Positions 1-10,478 are shown, counted from the first letter of the stretch. The stretch: DNA of 34,779 bases from Bacteroidales bacterium (GCA_012838875.1 DUOL01000072.1:1-34779), one strand, 5' to 3'. Notes: a model not told the origin generated them from the letters alone. Program-made: numbers and translations.

Positions 1-115
1 CGCGGCGGCAAAAAAGCGAGCTTGTAAGCTCTTTTTGCCGCCTTGCGTCCCCACGGCTTGTGCCCGCGGACTTGGAACCGGGCGCCGACCCCGAGCATAG
101 CGAGGGGGCACGCCC
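1..115 (+). repeat. GC-rich imperfect-palindrome repeat, copy A (left part cut off by window edge)
   Basis: 1-115 aligns almost base-for-base with 23531-23648 and with the reverse complement of 13784-13898. It ends ...ggggcacgccc, followed by an AT-rich tail taattaaaatt. Confidence 0.9.
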
Positions 116-234
116 TAATTAAAATTAAAATTAAAATTATTATTATAAAACTGAAAGATAGAAACCACGAAAATAACCAAAACAGAAAGGTTTATTTTTA
201 AATCCGACTATTTTTGTCGGTGAATAGTGCTAAT

Positions 235-969
235 TTAATGAGCTTTTTTCGTGGCGTTATAGGCAATGACCTCTTCATATTTCCCCATGTCCTGCCAGCT
301 GTCGTCAGAATGGTCGTATGCAACAATTTTATTTTGTGACGCAAGGGTAAGATAGATTTTGGTCAACGAGATTTTTTCATTTTCAGGAATAAGCTCTAAT
401 ATGTTCGGCGACACGATGTGAATACCGCTAAAAGCCAAATTAATAGGGCTTTGCGTAGGGTTTGTTTCAATTTTCTCGCCTGTTTTAATATTTGTCCACC
501 CGCAAAGCTGCTTGGAGTTTTTATCAAAAATAAAATAGCGAAACGTTTCACGATTTCTAACGGCAAGCGTTGCTAAAGGGGCTTGCTGCAAATGGAAATC
601 GCACATTTTTTGCAAATTGATATTAGAAATAATATCGACATTATAGAGCAAAATGGAGTTCGTATTTTGAAAAAAAGGAGAGGCAAATTTCAGTCCGCCT
701 CCTGTGTCTAACAACTTCTCCGACTCATCGGAAAAATAGATATTGGCATTAAAAGGCTTGTGATTATCAATAAATTGGCGTACTAAATCACTAAAATGAT
801 GAATATTGATTACGATATCGGCAATTCCCGCATCGACAAGTTTATTAATTGCATGCTCCAATAGAGTAACACCGTTAATCTCTACTAACGCTTTGGGGCG
901 GTCGGCAGTTAACGGGTAGAGCCTTGTTCCAAGTCCGGCGGCAAAAATCATTCCTTTTAGAGGTAACAT
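235..969 (-). CDS. sugar-phosphate nucleotidyltransferase (NTP_transferase family, MurU / mannose-1-P guanylyltransferase-like)
   Basis: 244 aa. N-terminal GxGTRL nucleotide-binding motif (FAAGLGTRLYPLT). TAA stop. Confidence 0.8.
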   Translation of the reverse strand: MLPLKGMIFAAGLGTRLYPLTADRPKALVEINGVTLLEHAINKLVDAGIADIVINIHHFSDLVRQFIDNHKPFNANIYFSDESEKLLDTGGGLKFASPFFQNTNSILLYNVDIISNINLQKMCDFHLQQAPLATLAVRNRETFRYFIFDKNSKQLCGWTNIKTGEKIETNPTQSPINLAFSGIHIVSPNILELIPENEKISLTKIYLTLASQNKIVAYDHSDDSWQDMGKYEEVIAYNATKKAH

Positions 970-970
970 C

Positions 971-1026
971 TGTTTTGAATTTTGAGTTTTTAGTTTTTAG
1001 TTTTGAGTTATGTGTTTTGAGTTTTG
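971..1026. repeat. degenerate heptamer tandem repeat (AGTTTTG-like, about 8 units)
   Basis: Reads tgttttg aattttg agttttt agttttt agttttg agttatg tgttttg agttttg. It fills the spacer between the tgt stop and the start of the 235-969 gene. Confidence 0.8.
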
Positions 1027-1038
1027 AGTGTGCAAATA

Positions 1039-2166
1039 TTACAATTTTTGTTTTAATTGGGGTATTATTTCATTTTTCCATGACGCGAATACGCCCTCTT
1101 CTATTTTTTGTCTTGCGGTTTTAACTAATTCTAGATAAAAATGGAGATTGTGCAAACTTCCTATCATCATACCCAGAATTTCATCGGAAACGTAAAGATG
1201 TCGCAGATAGGCTTTTGTATATTCTCTATCTGCGAACAGGGAGCTTTGCGGGTCTATCGGCGTAAAATCGTTTTTCCACTTTTCATTTTTCATATTCATC
1301 GTTCCTTCCCAGGTAAAGAGCATACCATTTCTACCGTTACGCGTAGGTAGCACACAGTCGAACATATCGACCCCCATGGCGATACATTCCAATATATTTT
1401 GAGGCGTTCCGACTCCCATGAGATAACGAGGTTTATCTTCGGGCAAGACAGAACAAGCAATATCTACGGCATTATACATCTCTTCGACGTAGCCGCACAT
1501 TCCGCCGATAGCATTTCCTTCACAATTTTGTTCGGCAATAAATTCCGCCGATTGTTTTCTCAAATCCGGAAAAACACTTCCTTGCACAATCGGGAACAAG
1601 GCTTGTGAATAGCCATATTTTGGTTCGGTTCGATTAAAGTGTTCACAACAACGCTTAAGCCATTTATGCGTCAAGTGCATAGACCTTTTTGCGTAGCCGA
1701 TTTCGCACGGATAGGCTGTACATTCATCGAACGCCATAATAATATCTGCTCCGATAGAACGCTGAATATCTATCACTCCTTCCGGACTAAAAAGGTGCTT
1801 AGAACCGTCAATATGCGATTGGAACCAGACTCCTTCTTGCGGTTTTATTTTTCTTCGGTGGCTCAATGAAAAAACTTGGAACCCTCCACTGTCGGTCAAA
1901 ATGGGACGGTCCCAACCGTTAAACTTATGTAAGCCGCCTGCGGCTTCCAGCACTTCTATACCGGGACGTAAATAGAGATGATACGTATTTCCTAAGATAA
2001 TTTGTGCCTTAACCGCCTCTTTCATATCACGAATATGGACGGCTTTCACGGTTCCGAGCGTCCCGACAGGCATAAAAATAGGTGTTTGAATCTGTCCGTG
2101 GTCGGTCGTTAGGACTCCTGAGCGAGCACTACTTTTAATATCTTTTTTTTGAATTTCAAATTTCAT
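1039..2166 (-). CDS. tgt: queuine tRNA-ribosyltransferase
   Basis: 375 aa, full-length Tgt-like sequence (ARSGVLTTDHGQIQTPIFMPVGT, LTDSGGFQVFSL, GVGTP). Confidence 0.95.
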   Translation of the reverse strand: MKFEIQKKDIKSSARSGVLTTDHGQIQTPIFMPVGTLGTVKAVHIRDMKEAVKAQIILGNTYHLYLRPGIEVLEAAGGLHKFNGWDRPILTDSGGFQVFSLSHRRKIKPQEGVWFQSHIDGSKHLFSPEGVIDIQRSIGADIIMAFDECTAYPCEIGYAKRSMHLTHKWLKRCCEHFNRTEPKYGYSQALFPIVQGSVFPDLRKQSAEFIAEQNCEGNAIGGMCGYVEEMYNAVDIACSVLPEDKPRYLMGVGTPQNILECIAMGVDMFDCVLPTRNGRNGMLFTWEGTMNMKNEKWKNDFTPIDPQSSLFADREYTKAYLRHLYVSDEILGMMIGSLHNLHFYLELVKTARQKIEEGVFASWKNEIIPQLKQKL

Positions 2167-2201
2167 CTTGTTTTGTTAGTAAGTCTGTTAGTATTTTAAA
2201 G

Positions 2202-2209
2202 CAAAAATA
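2202..2209 (-). promoter_or_regulatory. Bacteroidota -7 promoter box (TATTTTTG) upstream of tgt
   Basis: Reverse complement of caaaaata matches the TAnnTTTG consensus, about 36 nt upstream of the tgt ATG. Confidence 0.5.
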
Positions 2210-2233
2210 CACTATTTCCTTTTAACTTTAAAA

Positions 2234-2241
2234 TATTTTTG
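2234..2241 (+). promoter_or_regulatory. Bacteroidota -7 promoter box (TATTTTTG) upstream of the GT2 gene
   Basis: tatttttg sits 24 nt upstream of the ATG at 2265, divergent from the tgt promoter. Confidence 0.5.
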
Positions 2242-2264
2242 TTCTCTATTTACGGAGTAATGTA

Positions 2265-3404
2265 ATGTCTTACCAAATTTATATTATTTTCATTACGCTT
2301 TTGGGGATTACCGTTTTAATAAACATCGGTTTTTACGCTATTCTTTTTTCAAAATTTGCCTTTCACAAAGCTAAAAAAGAGAAGCAATCTCCCCAAGAAC
2401 CCGTTTCAATAATAGTAGTAGCAAAAAATGAGGCACACCATCTTATTAACTCGCTGCCGCTTTTATTAACTCAACAGTATAATGATTATGAAGTCATTGT
2501 TGTCAATGACAACTCCGATGACGAAACGGAAGAAGTTTTAGAAGATTTTAAAAATAGGTATCCGCACTTAAAACCTATTAATCTAAAATCATCGGTAACG
2601 ACTATTAAGGGCAAGAAATTTCCTCTTTCGTTGGGAATCAGAGTTGCTAAAAACAATATTATAATTCTTACAGAGCCGTATTGCATACAAGTATCGCCTT
2701 ATTGGTTGCAAAACATGGCAAAACATTACAACCGTAAAACAGAAATCGTATTGGGGTTTGCCAATTACGAGAAAAAGAAAAGTCTCTTTAACGCTATTTT
2801 ACGTTTTGATGCTCTATATAAGACTATTCAAAATTTCTCTTATGCTTTGATGAAAATTCCGATTGCGGGTGACGGGAAAAATTTAAGTTACTCCAAAGAA
2901 CTGTTTATAAACCACGGAGGTTTTACCGCTCACAATCATATTTTTTTCGGAGACGATGACCTTTTTATTAATAAAGCAGCAACAAAAGAGAATTGCAAAA
3001 TTGAATATTCTAAAGATGCAATTATTACGGTAAAATCTAAATTTAACTTTAAATTTTGGCTAAGACAAGAAAAACTAAAGAGTCTTACGCGAAAATTCTA
3101 CTCTAACAAACATAAATTTCTTTTAACACTTTTTGAATCCTCTTCTCTCCTTTTCTACATTTTTCTCACTATAGCTCTCATTTTCCTTCCCTCGTTATCA
3201 CTCACTTGGATTATTCCATTGCTCGTTTTCTTTATCCTTAAGTTTGCTATTCAATATCTTATTGTAGGTTTGTCCGTTTCAAAATTGGGCGAAAAGAAAT
3301 TTATTCCTTATATTTTCGTTTATGATATAGTGTATCTATTTTTGTACTCTTATATTTTGTTGACGGCTAAATGGGGAAAAAACAATAGAAAAAAATGGAT
3401 GTAA
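2265..3404 (+). CDS. membrane-bound family 2 glycosyltransferase
   Basis: 379 aa. N-terminal TM helix, GT-A region (VSIIVVAKNE...YEVIVVNDNSDDET) and C-terminal TM helices. Confidence 0.8.
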   Translation: MSYQIYIIFITLLGITVLINIGFYAILFSKFAFHKAKKEKQSPQEPVSIIVVAKNEAHHLINSLPLLLTQQYNDYEVIVVNDNSDDETEEVLEDFKNRYPHLKPINLKSSVTTIKGKKFPLSLGIRVAKNNIIILTEPYCIQVSPYWLQNMAKHYNRKTEIVLGFANYEKKKSLFNAILRFDALYKTIQNFSYALMKIPIAGDGKNLSYSKELFINHGGFTAHNHIFFGDDDLFINKAATKENCKIEYSKDAIITVKSKFNFKFWLRQEKLKSLTRKFYSNKHKFLLTLFESSSLLFYIFLTIALIFLPSLSLTWIIPLLVFFILKFAIQYLIVGLSVSKLGEKKFIPYIFVYDIVYLFLYSYILLTAKWGKNNRKKWM

Positions 3405-4003
3405 AGAAAAAGATTACCGATAAAGCACAAAGAGATATTCTTTTGGTTACCGATGCTTTGCAAAACGGCAATCAACAGGCGTACGCTCAACTTTTGAAAA
3501 TTTATCGCGACCCTATTTACTATATGTTGTTAAAACTATGTAACAATCCTTATGATGCTGAAGATTTAACCATCGAAGCATTTGCCAAAGCCTTTAAGAA
3601 TCTTCATCAATACACAGACGACTTTGCTTTTTCCACGTGGCTATTTCGAATTGCAACGAACAATTGTATTGATTTTCTGAGACGAAAGAACAAGTCTATT
3701 CGCTGTTTAGACGATGACATTGAGAATTTTGAAGACCAAAGTACAATTTCAGCACTCGTTTCTACGGAGAACAACCCGGAAGAGTCATATATTGAAAAAC
3801 AACGCATACGGACGATGCGTTGGGCGGTGGAACAGCTACGTCCAAAATATAAAGAGCTTATTCGCCTACGCTATTTTGAAGAATTTTCTTACGAAGAGAT
3901 TGCTAATGAGTTGGGAATAAGTATAAATAATGTCAAGATTCAACTTTTTAGGGCTAAAGCCATGCTAACAACGCTGGTAGAAAACTTAAAACATAATATT
4001 TAG
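3395..4003 (+). CDS. RNA polymerase sigma-70 family (ECF-type) sigma factor
   Basis: 202 aa. Region 2 (DAEDLTIEAFAKAF...WLFRIATNNCIDFLRRK) and region 4 HTH (FSYEEIANELGISINNVKIQLFRAK). The start overlaps the GT2 stop by 10 nt. Confidence 0.85.
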   Translation: MDVKKKITDKAQRDILLVTDALQNGNQQAYAQLLKIYRDPIYYMLLKLCNNPYDAEDLTIEAFAKAFKNLHQYTDDFAFSTWLFRIATNNCIDFLRRKNKSIRCLDDDIENFEDQSTISALVSTENNPEESYIEKQRIRTMRWAVEQLRPKYKELIRLRYFEEFSYEEIANELGISINNVKIQLFRAKAMLTTLVENLKHNI

Positions 4004-4013
4004 TTTCCGATTT

Positions 4014-4511
4014 TTATTGTTCCAATTTAAAAAAGTCGTCATAATTCTTTGGATACCACCCTTTTTCGATTGCTTCTTTTTGAGGGAACATAAAGTAGAC
4101 CATTTCCGCCTCCGCACAAAGCTCACCCGCCTCATTTATAATCTCGGCAAAAATATAGCACAAATTTCTCTTTATTTCCCTTATCTTTCCACGAACTAAC
4201 ACGGACGATTGTGTAGACTCCAGCTGTTTTCTATATCGCACTTGTAAACGGGAGGTAACTCCGGAACTCTTTCCTTTGATATAAAGTGTCCATGCTCCGA
4301 TTTCATCGAGAAGGGTCGATTGAATGCCGCCGTGAATAGTTCCCGGATATCCTTCGTACTCTTTGGACGGTTTCCATTCTGCTTGCACATAGTCTCCCTC
4401 CTCAAAAAAATGCAACCGCAAGCCAATCTCATTAGTAGGCGAACAAGCGAAGCAGTGATAGTCATCTTTAGCAAAGACATTATTAATATAACGACGAATC
4501 GGTTTTTCCAT
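4014..4511 (-). CDS. PaaI-family hotdog-fold thioesterase
   Basis: 165 aa with the GTIHGGIQSTLLDE motif typical of PaaI/4HBT thioesterases. Confidence 0.7.
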   Translation of the reverse strand: MEKPIRRYINNVFAKDDYHCFACSPTNEIGLRLHFFEEGDYVQAEWKPSKEYEGYPGTIHGGIQSTLLDEIGAWTLYIKGKSSGVTSRLQVRYRKQLESTQSSVLVRGKIREIKRNLCYIFAEIINEAGELCAEAEMVYFMFPQKEAIEKGWYPKNYDDFFKLEQ

Positions 4512-4722
4512 AATTTTACATTTGTTTTAAATTGATTATTTTAATAAAATAAATAGCCCGTCATCGTAAATTTCATTTTTTCATATCATTTAAACAACTC
4601 TATTACAAAGAGTTAAAAATATGGCGTACAGAATATTTATCTATGCAAAGATAAAATAAAATGTAATAATTAAAAAAAACGTTAATTCGTTGATTTTACA
4701 TTTTTTTTTCAAGCAAAAAATG

Positions 4723-4730
4723 TATATTTG
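4723..4730 (+). promoter_or_regulatory. Bacteroidota -7 promoter box (TATATTTG) upstream of the aminopeptidase gene
   Basis: tatatttgcaac lies 48 nt upstream of the ATG at 4778. The same tatatttgcaa string recurs at 25320 and, on the minus strand, at 16566. Confidence 0.55.
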
Positions 4731-4777
4731 CAACGAATAATCATTCTGATGCTGATTAGTCAATACAATTAATATCA

Positions 4778-6076
4778 ATGAGATACACTCCCTTATCACA
4801 AGAATTTTATCGTCTGAACCGTCAAAATGTTATCAATGAAATTTCAGAAAACTCAATTGTTGTTCTAACCTCTGAAGATGAATATCCGCGTTCCGGCGAT
4901 ACCACACACCCATTCCGTCAAAATTCCAACCTGCTCTATTTATGCGGGATAGACCAAGAAGAGACGACATTAATATTAGCTCCGTGGCACCCTAATCCTG
5001 CCTATCGAGAGATGATTTTTGTTAAGAATCCCACACCCGAAATGATTGTGTGGTACGGACATCGTTTAAGTAAAGACGAAGTTCGTCAAATTTCCGGAAT
5101 TGATACGGTTTTTTACAATGAAGAACTTCCTGCTATTTTACATGACGTTATTATAAATGCCAAGAATATCTATTTACACATACCTGAATATCCACGTTTA
5201 AAGATTGATTTTCCAACTCAAGAGATACGCTTAGCTGAAAGATTAAAACGTGAATATCCACTTCACCAATTTTGCAGATTAGCTCCTATTCTTTATCCAT
5301 TGCGTGCCGTGAAACATGCTGAAGAGTTAAAGGCACTTAAAACGGCTTGTGATATCACGCAGAAAGCCTTCACACGTGCCCTTAAAAGCATTAAACCCGG
5401 AAAATTCGAATATGAAATTGAGGCTGAATTGATATATGAAATGATAAGGAATGGTGCGTCAGGGCACTCTTTTGCTCCGATTGTAGCGTCAGGAAAAGAC
5501 ACCTGCATCTTGCATTACATAAAGAATGACAAACAGATGCAAGACGGAGATTTGCTACTACTTGATTTCGGAGCCGAATATGCCAACTATGCAGGCGATG
5601 CCACCCGTACCGTACCCGTGAACGGAAAATTTTCCCCACGACAAAAACAGGTTTATCAAGCTGTTCTCAGCATTTACAAAGAGACTATTCCTCTCTTTAA
5701 ACCTGGAATGAACATTCATAAAATCAACGATTTTGTTTTCAAAAGAATGGATGAAGAGTTGATTAAGTTAGGACTTTATACCGAAGCCGATGTAAAAGCC
5801 CAATCAAGCTCAGCACCTCTTTTTAAACGCTATTATATGCACAATACAAGTCATTTCATCGGCATGGATGTTCACGATGTAGGGCAACGAGATTGGACAT
5901 TCCAGCCCGGCATGGTACTGAGTTGCGAACCCGGCATCTACATTGCCGAAGAAGGAATTGGCGTAAGGATAGAGACAGATGTCGTAGTGGGTGAACAAAG
6001 TATTGATTTAATGGCAGATATGCCTCTGGAAATTGAAGAAATAGAAGAATTAATGAGCAATAAATCTCATATTTAA
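4778..6076 (+). CDS. Xaa-Pro aminopeptidase (M24B family)
   Basis: 432 aa. Pita-bread fold metal-ligand contexts (LLDFGAEYANYAGDATRT, HFIGMDVHD, EPGIY). Confidence 0.9.
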   Translation: MRYTPLSQEFYRLNRQNVINEISENSIVVLTSEDEYPRSGDTTHPFRQNSNLLYLCGIDQEETTLILAPWHPNPAYREMIFVKNPTPEMIVWYGHRLSKDEVRQISGIDTVFYNEELPAILHDVIINAKNIYLHIPEYPRLKIDFPTQEIRLAERLKREYPLHQFCRLAPILYPLRAVKHAEELKALKTACDITQKAFTRALKSIKPGKFEYEIEAELIYEMIRNGASGHSFAPIVASGKDTCILHYIKNDKQMQDGDLLLLDFGAEYANYAGDATRTVPVNGKFSPRQKQVYQAVLSIYKETIPLFKPGMNIHKINDFVFKRMDEELIKLGLYTEADVKAQSSSAPLFKRYYMHNTSHFIGMDVHDVGQRDWTFQPGMVLSCEPGIYIAEEGIGVRIETDVVVGEQSIDLMADMPLEIEEIEELMSNKSHI

Positions 6077-6093
6077 GCTAAATAAAAAATTTT

Positions 6094-6744
6094 ATGAAAA
6101 GTAATTCAATTTTTTCCTTTTTACTTCCGAAAGAGAGTAAATTTTTCCCTTTAATTAATCATATTGGGGAACTCAACAAGAATGCTTCGTCCACACTTGT
6201 TAAGTTTATCACCTGTGACGACAAGCAAAAAATGCAAGATCTCTACTTTGAGATTAAGGGCTATGAAAGGGAAGCCGATGAGGTATTAAATGTAATTTTT
6301 GATGAATTGAATATTACATTTATCACCCCTTTTGACCGTGAAGATATCCACGAACTGTGCGAACGTCTTGATGATATGCTGGATAATATCAACTCTGCTT
6401 CCAAACGCGTTTTGCTTTTTCAACCGAAATCTATCCCGAATAGTGCGTTAGAATTATGTAAAATTATAGCAGACTGTGGTGATTCTATTTACATTGCTCT
6501 TAAAGAATTGAAAACGATGAATAAAAAACCGGCAGTAGCTCTCGAACAGACTGAAAAGCTACACCAATTTGAACGCAAAGCCGATGAAGTGTACGAACAA
6601 TATATTAAACACCTTTTTGAAGTAGAGCAAGATTCTATCGAACTATTCAAAATCAAGGAGATTATGCAGGAATTTGAACGAACAACAGATGCTGCAAATG
6701 CTGTCGGTAAAATTATCAAAACCATGATTGTAAAATACGCTTAA
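6094..6744 (+). CDS. DUF47 / PhoU-like phosphate transport accessory protein
   Basis: 216 aa helical protein immediately upstream of a PiT transporter, which is the conserved DUF47-PiT pairing. Confidence 0.85.
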   Translation: MKSNSIFSFLLPKESKFFPLINHIGELNKNASSTLVKFITCDDKQKMQDLYFEIKGYEREADEVLNVIFDELNITFITPFDREDIHELCERLDDMLDNINSASKRVLLFQPKSIPNSALELCKIIADCGDSIYIALKELKTMNKKPAVALEQTEKLHQFERKADEVYEQYIKHLFEVEQDSIELFKIKEIMQEFERTTDAANAVGKIIKTMIVKYA

Positions 6745-6750
6745 TAAATA

Positions 6751-7782
6751 ATGACTCTACTAATCATCATCATAGTTATAGCACTAATTTTTGACTTCAT
6801 CAATGGGTTTCATGATGCAGCCAATTCTATTGCTACGGTAGTATTTACCAAAGTGCTTACGCCTGTACAGGCTGTTTTGTGGGCGGCTTTTTTTAATTTT
6901 GTCGCCTTTTTTATTGCAAAATATATCATCGGCGAATTTGGTATTGCCGACACTGTTTCAAAAACAGTATTACCGCAATTTATCACCCACCATGTGATTT
7001 TAGCGGGGTTGATTGCCGCCATTACGTGGAACTTGCTTACATGGTACTTGGGGATTCCCTCCTCCTCTTCCCACACGCTCATCGGAGGATTTGCCGGTGC
7101 CGCCATCGCCGCTTCCGGTTTCCAAGCTATACATGTCGGCGTTATTACATTGATAATTGCTTTTATATTTGCCGCCCCGATTATTGGATTGATTGCAGGA
7201 ACACTTGTCTCATCTTTAACACTACACATTGCACGAAAAGCTAAACCACACCGCGCCGACAAATGGTTTAAACGTTTACAACTCGTCTCCTCCGCCTTAT
7301 TAAGCATCGGACATGGTCTTAATGATTCTCAAAAAGTAATGGGAATTATTGGTGCCGCTCTTATTGCTTTCAATGCCGAATATGCGGGTGAAATTCCTCA
7401 TTGGTTACAACTTACAGATATCCATGATATGCACGATTGGGTTCCTTTTTCTTGCTTTACGGCTATCGCCTTAGGAACAACAGCAGGAGGGTGGAAAATT
7501 ATTAAAACAGTAGGAGGTAAAATAACGAAAATAACTCCGGTAGAAGGATTCGCCTCTCAGTTGGCTGCATCTATAACCCTCTCAATTTCGGAAACTCTTA
7601 AAGTTCCCGTAAGTACTACACACGTTATTACCGGTAGTATTATGGGCGTAGGTGCTGTAAAACGACTATCCGCAGTACGTTGGGGGATTACTATTAACCT
7701 TGTTTGGGCATGGGTACTCACAATTCCCGTGAGTATCATCTTCGGAATAATCTCATACTACATTTTTTCAATTTTCTTGTAA
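6751..7782 (+). CDS. inorganic phosphate transporter, PiT family
   Basis: 343 aa polytopic membrane protein with duplicated PiT signatures (NGFHDAANSIAT and HGLNDSQK). Confidence 0.9.
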   Translation: MTLLIIIIVIALIFDFINGFHDAANSIATVVFTKVLTPVQAVLWAAFFNFVAFFIAKYIIGEFGIADTVSKTVLPQFITHHVILAGLIAAITWNLLTWYLGIPSSSSHTLIGGFAGAAIAASGFQAIHVGVITLIIAFIFAAPIIGLIAGTLVSSLTLHIARKAKPHRADKWFKRLQLVSSALLSIGHGLNDSQKVMGIIGAALIAFNAEYAGEIPHWLQLTDIHDMHDWVPFSCFTAIALGTTAGGWKIIKTVGGKITKITPVEGFASQLAASITLSISETLKVPVSTTHVITGSIMGVGAVKRLSAVRWGITINLVWAWVLTIPVSIIFGIISYYIFSIFL

Positions 7783-7862
7783 CGATTAATTGAAAAAAAA
7801 TCCATTCTATTTTTTTTAAGATATTTTTTTTAAAATTGTGAAAAACATATCAAAATTAATTG

Positions 7863-7870
7863 TATTTTTG
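7863..7870 (+). promoter_or_regulatory. Bacteroidota -7 promoter box (TATTTTTG) upstream of rplV
   Basis: tatttttg lies about 107 nt upstream of the rplV ATG. It implies this ribosomal-protein block has its own promoter. Confidence 0.5.
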
Positions 7871-7976
7871 CACCCAATTTCATTTTGAATAAAGTATAGG
7901 GAAGCGAGAGGGAAGTAAATAATTGAAATTAAAATAAATAGAACTGAACAAAGAGTAGAATTTAAGAAATAAACCC

Positions 7977-8435
7977 ATGGGAGTAAGAAGAAAAAGATTA
8001 GCAGCAGAAGCACGAAAAGAGTCAAAAAAGAATATATACATGGCTCGTTTAATGAATAACCCTACATCACCTCGTAAAACACGACTCGTAGCTGATATGG
8101 TTAGAGGGAAAGATGTAGATTATGCTTTAAATGTATTGAAACACAATAATAGAGAGTCGGCAGAAAAGATTTTTAAACTCTTAAAATCAGCTATCGCTAA
8201 CTGGCAAACCAAAAATGAAGGTGTAAGATTAGAGGATGCTCAATTGTACATAAAAACAATTACGGTTGATGGTGGTAGAATGCTTAAACGTATTCGTACT
8301 GCTCCGCAAGGAAGAGCAAACAGAATAAGAAAACGCTCAAATCACATTACCATCATTCTCGGTGATAGAAATGCCAATATGGATATTGATATAAATGATA
8401 ATAATATAATAGAAGAAACTGAAAACATTAAATAA
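7977..8435 (+). CDS. rplV: 50S ribosomal protein L22 (uL22)
   Basis: 152 aa. [16 protein letters not shown] and [15 protein letters not shown] motifs. Has a short acidic/Asn-rich C-terminal tail. Confidence 0.96.
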   Translation: MGVRRKRLAAEARKESKKNIYMARLMNNPTSPRKTRLVADMVRGKDVDYALNVLKHNNRESAEKIFKLLKSAIANWQTKNEGVRLEDAQLYIKTITVDGGRMLKRIRTAPQGRANRIRKRSNHITIILGDRNANMDIDINDNNIIEETENIK

Positions 8436-8443
8436 ATTTTAGC

Positions 8444-9166
8444 ATGGGGCAAAAAGTTAATCCAATAGGTTTAAGATTAGGAATTATTAGAAGCTGGGAT
8501 TCTAATTGGTACGGTGGAAAAAATTTCGCTGATAAAATAGTTGAAGACGACAAAATCAGAAGATATTTGAATGCTCGTTTATATAAAGCCGGCATATCAA
8601 AAATTTATATAGAGAGAACACTTAAGCTTGTTACAGTTACTATCCACACCGCTCGTCCGGGTCTTATTATAGGAAAAGGAGGAACTGAAGTTGATAAACT
8701 GAAAGAAGAGTTGAAAAAAATTACTAATAAAGAGATACAAATTAATATCTCCGAAGTAAAACGCCCTGATTTAGATGCTGTACTGATTGCTCAAAATATT
8801 GCAAAACAGATAGAGGGTAGGATTTCGTACAGAAAAGCTATTAAAACTGCCATTGCTTCTACAATGCGAGCAAATGCAGAAGGGATAAAAGTTTCCATCT
8901 CCGGTCGTTTGGGAGGTGCTGAAATGGCAAGAACAGAGCATTTTAAAGAAGGAAGAACTCCATTACATACTCTACGTGCAGATATTGATTATGCTAAAGC
9001 CGAAGCTCATACGACCTACGGTCGAATCGGTCTCAAAGTATGGATATGTAGAGGTTTAGTTTATGGCAAAAAAGATTTGTTTAACTTGGCAGACAGTGGA
9101 AAAGATGCTAAAGGAGCCGGTGGAAGAAGACCTCCAAGAAGAGTAAGAGCCGAAAAGAATAGATAA
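8444..9166 (+). CDS. rpsC: 30S ribosomal protein S3 (uS3)
   Basis: 240 aa, starts [14 protein letters not shown]; KH domain; position in cluster. Confidence 0.97.
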   Translation: MGQKVNPIGLRLGIIRSWDSNWYGGKNFADKIVEDDKIRRYLNARLYKAGISKIYIERTLKLVTVTIHTARPGLIIGKGGTEVDKLKEELKKITNKEIQINISEVKRPDLDAVLIAQNIAKQIEGRISYRKAIKTAIASTMRANAEGIKVSISGRLGGAEMARTEHFKEGRTPLHTLRADIDYAKAEAHTTYGRIGLKVWICRGLVYGKKDLFNLADSGKDAKGAGGRRPPRRVRAEKNR

Positions 9167-9203
9167 TATTGAATAAAGTAGAAAACAATATAAATATATA
9201 GCG

Positions 9204-9629
9204 ATGTTACAACCAAAAAAGACGAAATACAGAAGACCGCAAAAGGGGAGAATGAAAAATATCACCAAACGTGGAAGTGAGATAGCTTTCGGGTCGTTTG
9301 CCATTAAGACGTTGGAACAACAGTGGATAACCGGTAGACAGATTGAAGCGGCACGACAAGCCATTACACGTTACATGAAACGTGAAGGACAGTTGTGGAT
9401 ACGTATTTTCCCGGACAAACCAATTACTAAAAAACCTGCCGAAGTTCGTATGGGTAAAGGTAAAGGTTCGCCCGAGTTATTTGTTGCTCGCGTTAGTCCC
9501 GGTAGAATTTTATTTGAAGCTGACGGCGTTCCCTTCGAAGTTGCAAAAGAAGCCCTTCGCTTAGGAGCTCAAAAATTACCCGTAGCTACAAAATTTGTTG
9601 TTAGAAGAGATTATTCCGAAGAAATATAA
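9204..9629 (+). CDS. rplP: 50S ribosomal protein L16 (uL16)
   Basis: 141 aa, starts [16 protein letters not shown]. Confidence 0.97.
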   Translation: MLQPKKTKYRRPQKGRMKNITKRGSEIAFGSFAIKTLEQQWITGRQIEAARQAITRYMKREGQLWIRIFPDKPITKKPAEVRMGKGKGSPELFVARVSPGRILFEADGVPFEVAKEALRLGAQKLPVATKFVVRRDYSEEI

Positions 9630-9634
9630 TAGAG

Positions 9635-9844
9635 ATGAAACAAAAAGTTATACATGAACTTTCTACCCCTGAGGTAATTGAAAGATTAGCGGAAGAGGAA
9701 AAACATTTGATTAAAATGAAATTAAATCATGCCGTATCTCCTCTTGAGAATCCTAATAAGATTAAAGAACAACGAAGAACCGTTGCTCGACTTAAGACAG
9801 AATTACGCAAACGTGAAATTAATCAACAATTGAAATCAGAATAA
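9635..9844 (+). CDS. rpmC: 50S ribosomal protein L29 (uL29)
   Basis: 69 aa, helical; sits between rplP and rpsQ. Confidence 0.92.
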   Translation: MKQKVIHELSTPEVIERLAEEEKHLIKMKLNHAVSPLENPNKIKEQRRTVARLKTELRKREINQQLKSE

Positions 9845-9849
9845 GGATT

Positions 9850-10107
9850 ATGGAAGAAAGAAATAAAAGAAAAATCAGAGAAGGTCTTGTTGTTAGTAAT
9901 AAGATGGATAAATCTATCATTGTTAGCGTAGAAAGAAGATTTAAACACCCTAAATACGGCAAGTTTTTAAAGAAAAATTCAAAGTTGGCAGCTCATGACG
10001 AAAAAAATGAGTGCAACATCGGAGATAAAGTAAGAGTTATGGAAACCAGACCCATAAGTAAAACGAAGTGCTGGCGTTTAGTAGAAATTATTGAAAGAGC
10101 GAAATAG
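9850..10107 (+). CDS. rpsQ: 30S ribosomal protein S17 (uS17)
   Basis: 85 aa; [27 protein letters not shown]. Confidence 0.96.
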   Translation: MEERNKRKIREGLVVSNKMDKSIIVSVERRFKHPKYGKFLKKNSKLAAHDEKNECNIGDKVRVMETRPISKTKCWRLVEIIERAK

Positions 10108-10109
10108 TT

Positions 10110-10478
10110 ATGGTACAACAAGAATCAAGATTATTAGTAGCTGATAACAGCGGTGCAAAAGAAGTACTCTGCATCCGCGTGTTAGGTGGAACTAGAAAAC
10201 GCTACGCCGGCGTAGGAGATAAAATTATTGTTACTGTTAAAAGTGCTATCCCCGCCGGAAATATTAAAAAAGGAACAGTCTCTAAAGCTGTTATAGTAAG
10301 AACTAAAAACCGAATACGAAGAGGGGACGGCTCTTATATCAAGTTTGACGATAATGCCGTAGTTCTGCTTACAGCAGCGGAAGAACTAAGAGGAACCCGT
10401 ATTTTCGGACCTGTAGCTCGCGAACTTCGCGAAAAACAGTATGTGAAAATTATCTCTCTAGCTCCTGAAGTTCTTTAA
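10110..10478 (+). CDS. rplN: 50S ribosomal protein L14 (uL14)
   Basis: 122 aa, starts [18 protein letters not shown]. Confidence 0.97.
   Translation: MVQQESRLLVADNSGAKEVLCIRVLGGTRKRYAGVGDKIIVTVKSAIPAGNIKKGTVSKAVIVRTKNRIRRGDGSYIKFDDNAVVLLTAAEELRGTRIFGPVARELREKQYVKIISLAPEVL

Noticed and set aside
121-140. Short aaaatt x3 tandem immediately after repeat copy A
   Set aside because: It is too short, and it is typical low-complexity AT-rich spacer. It may simply be part of the AT-rich tail of the repeat.
924-1124. 66-aa plus-strand ORF spanning the heptamer repeat and the 3' end of tgt
   Set aside because: It overlaps two real minus-strand genes and translates a low-complexity repeat.
6810-7307. 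165-aa antisense ORF within the PiT gene. Similar antisense or overlapping ORFs occur at 1141-1869, 12599-12965, 13290-13586, 26385-26771, 27058-27468, 28513-28887 and 30125-30451.
   Set aside because: All lie wholly inside well-supported conserved genes on the opposite strand or in another frame, and they have no recognisable motifs.
7816-8025. 69-aa hydrophobic ORF on the minus strand spanning the rplV promoter, leader and start
   Set aside because: It is Phe/Leu/Ile-rich, as expected from translating AT-rich spacer. It overlaps the rplV start and its promoter box.
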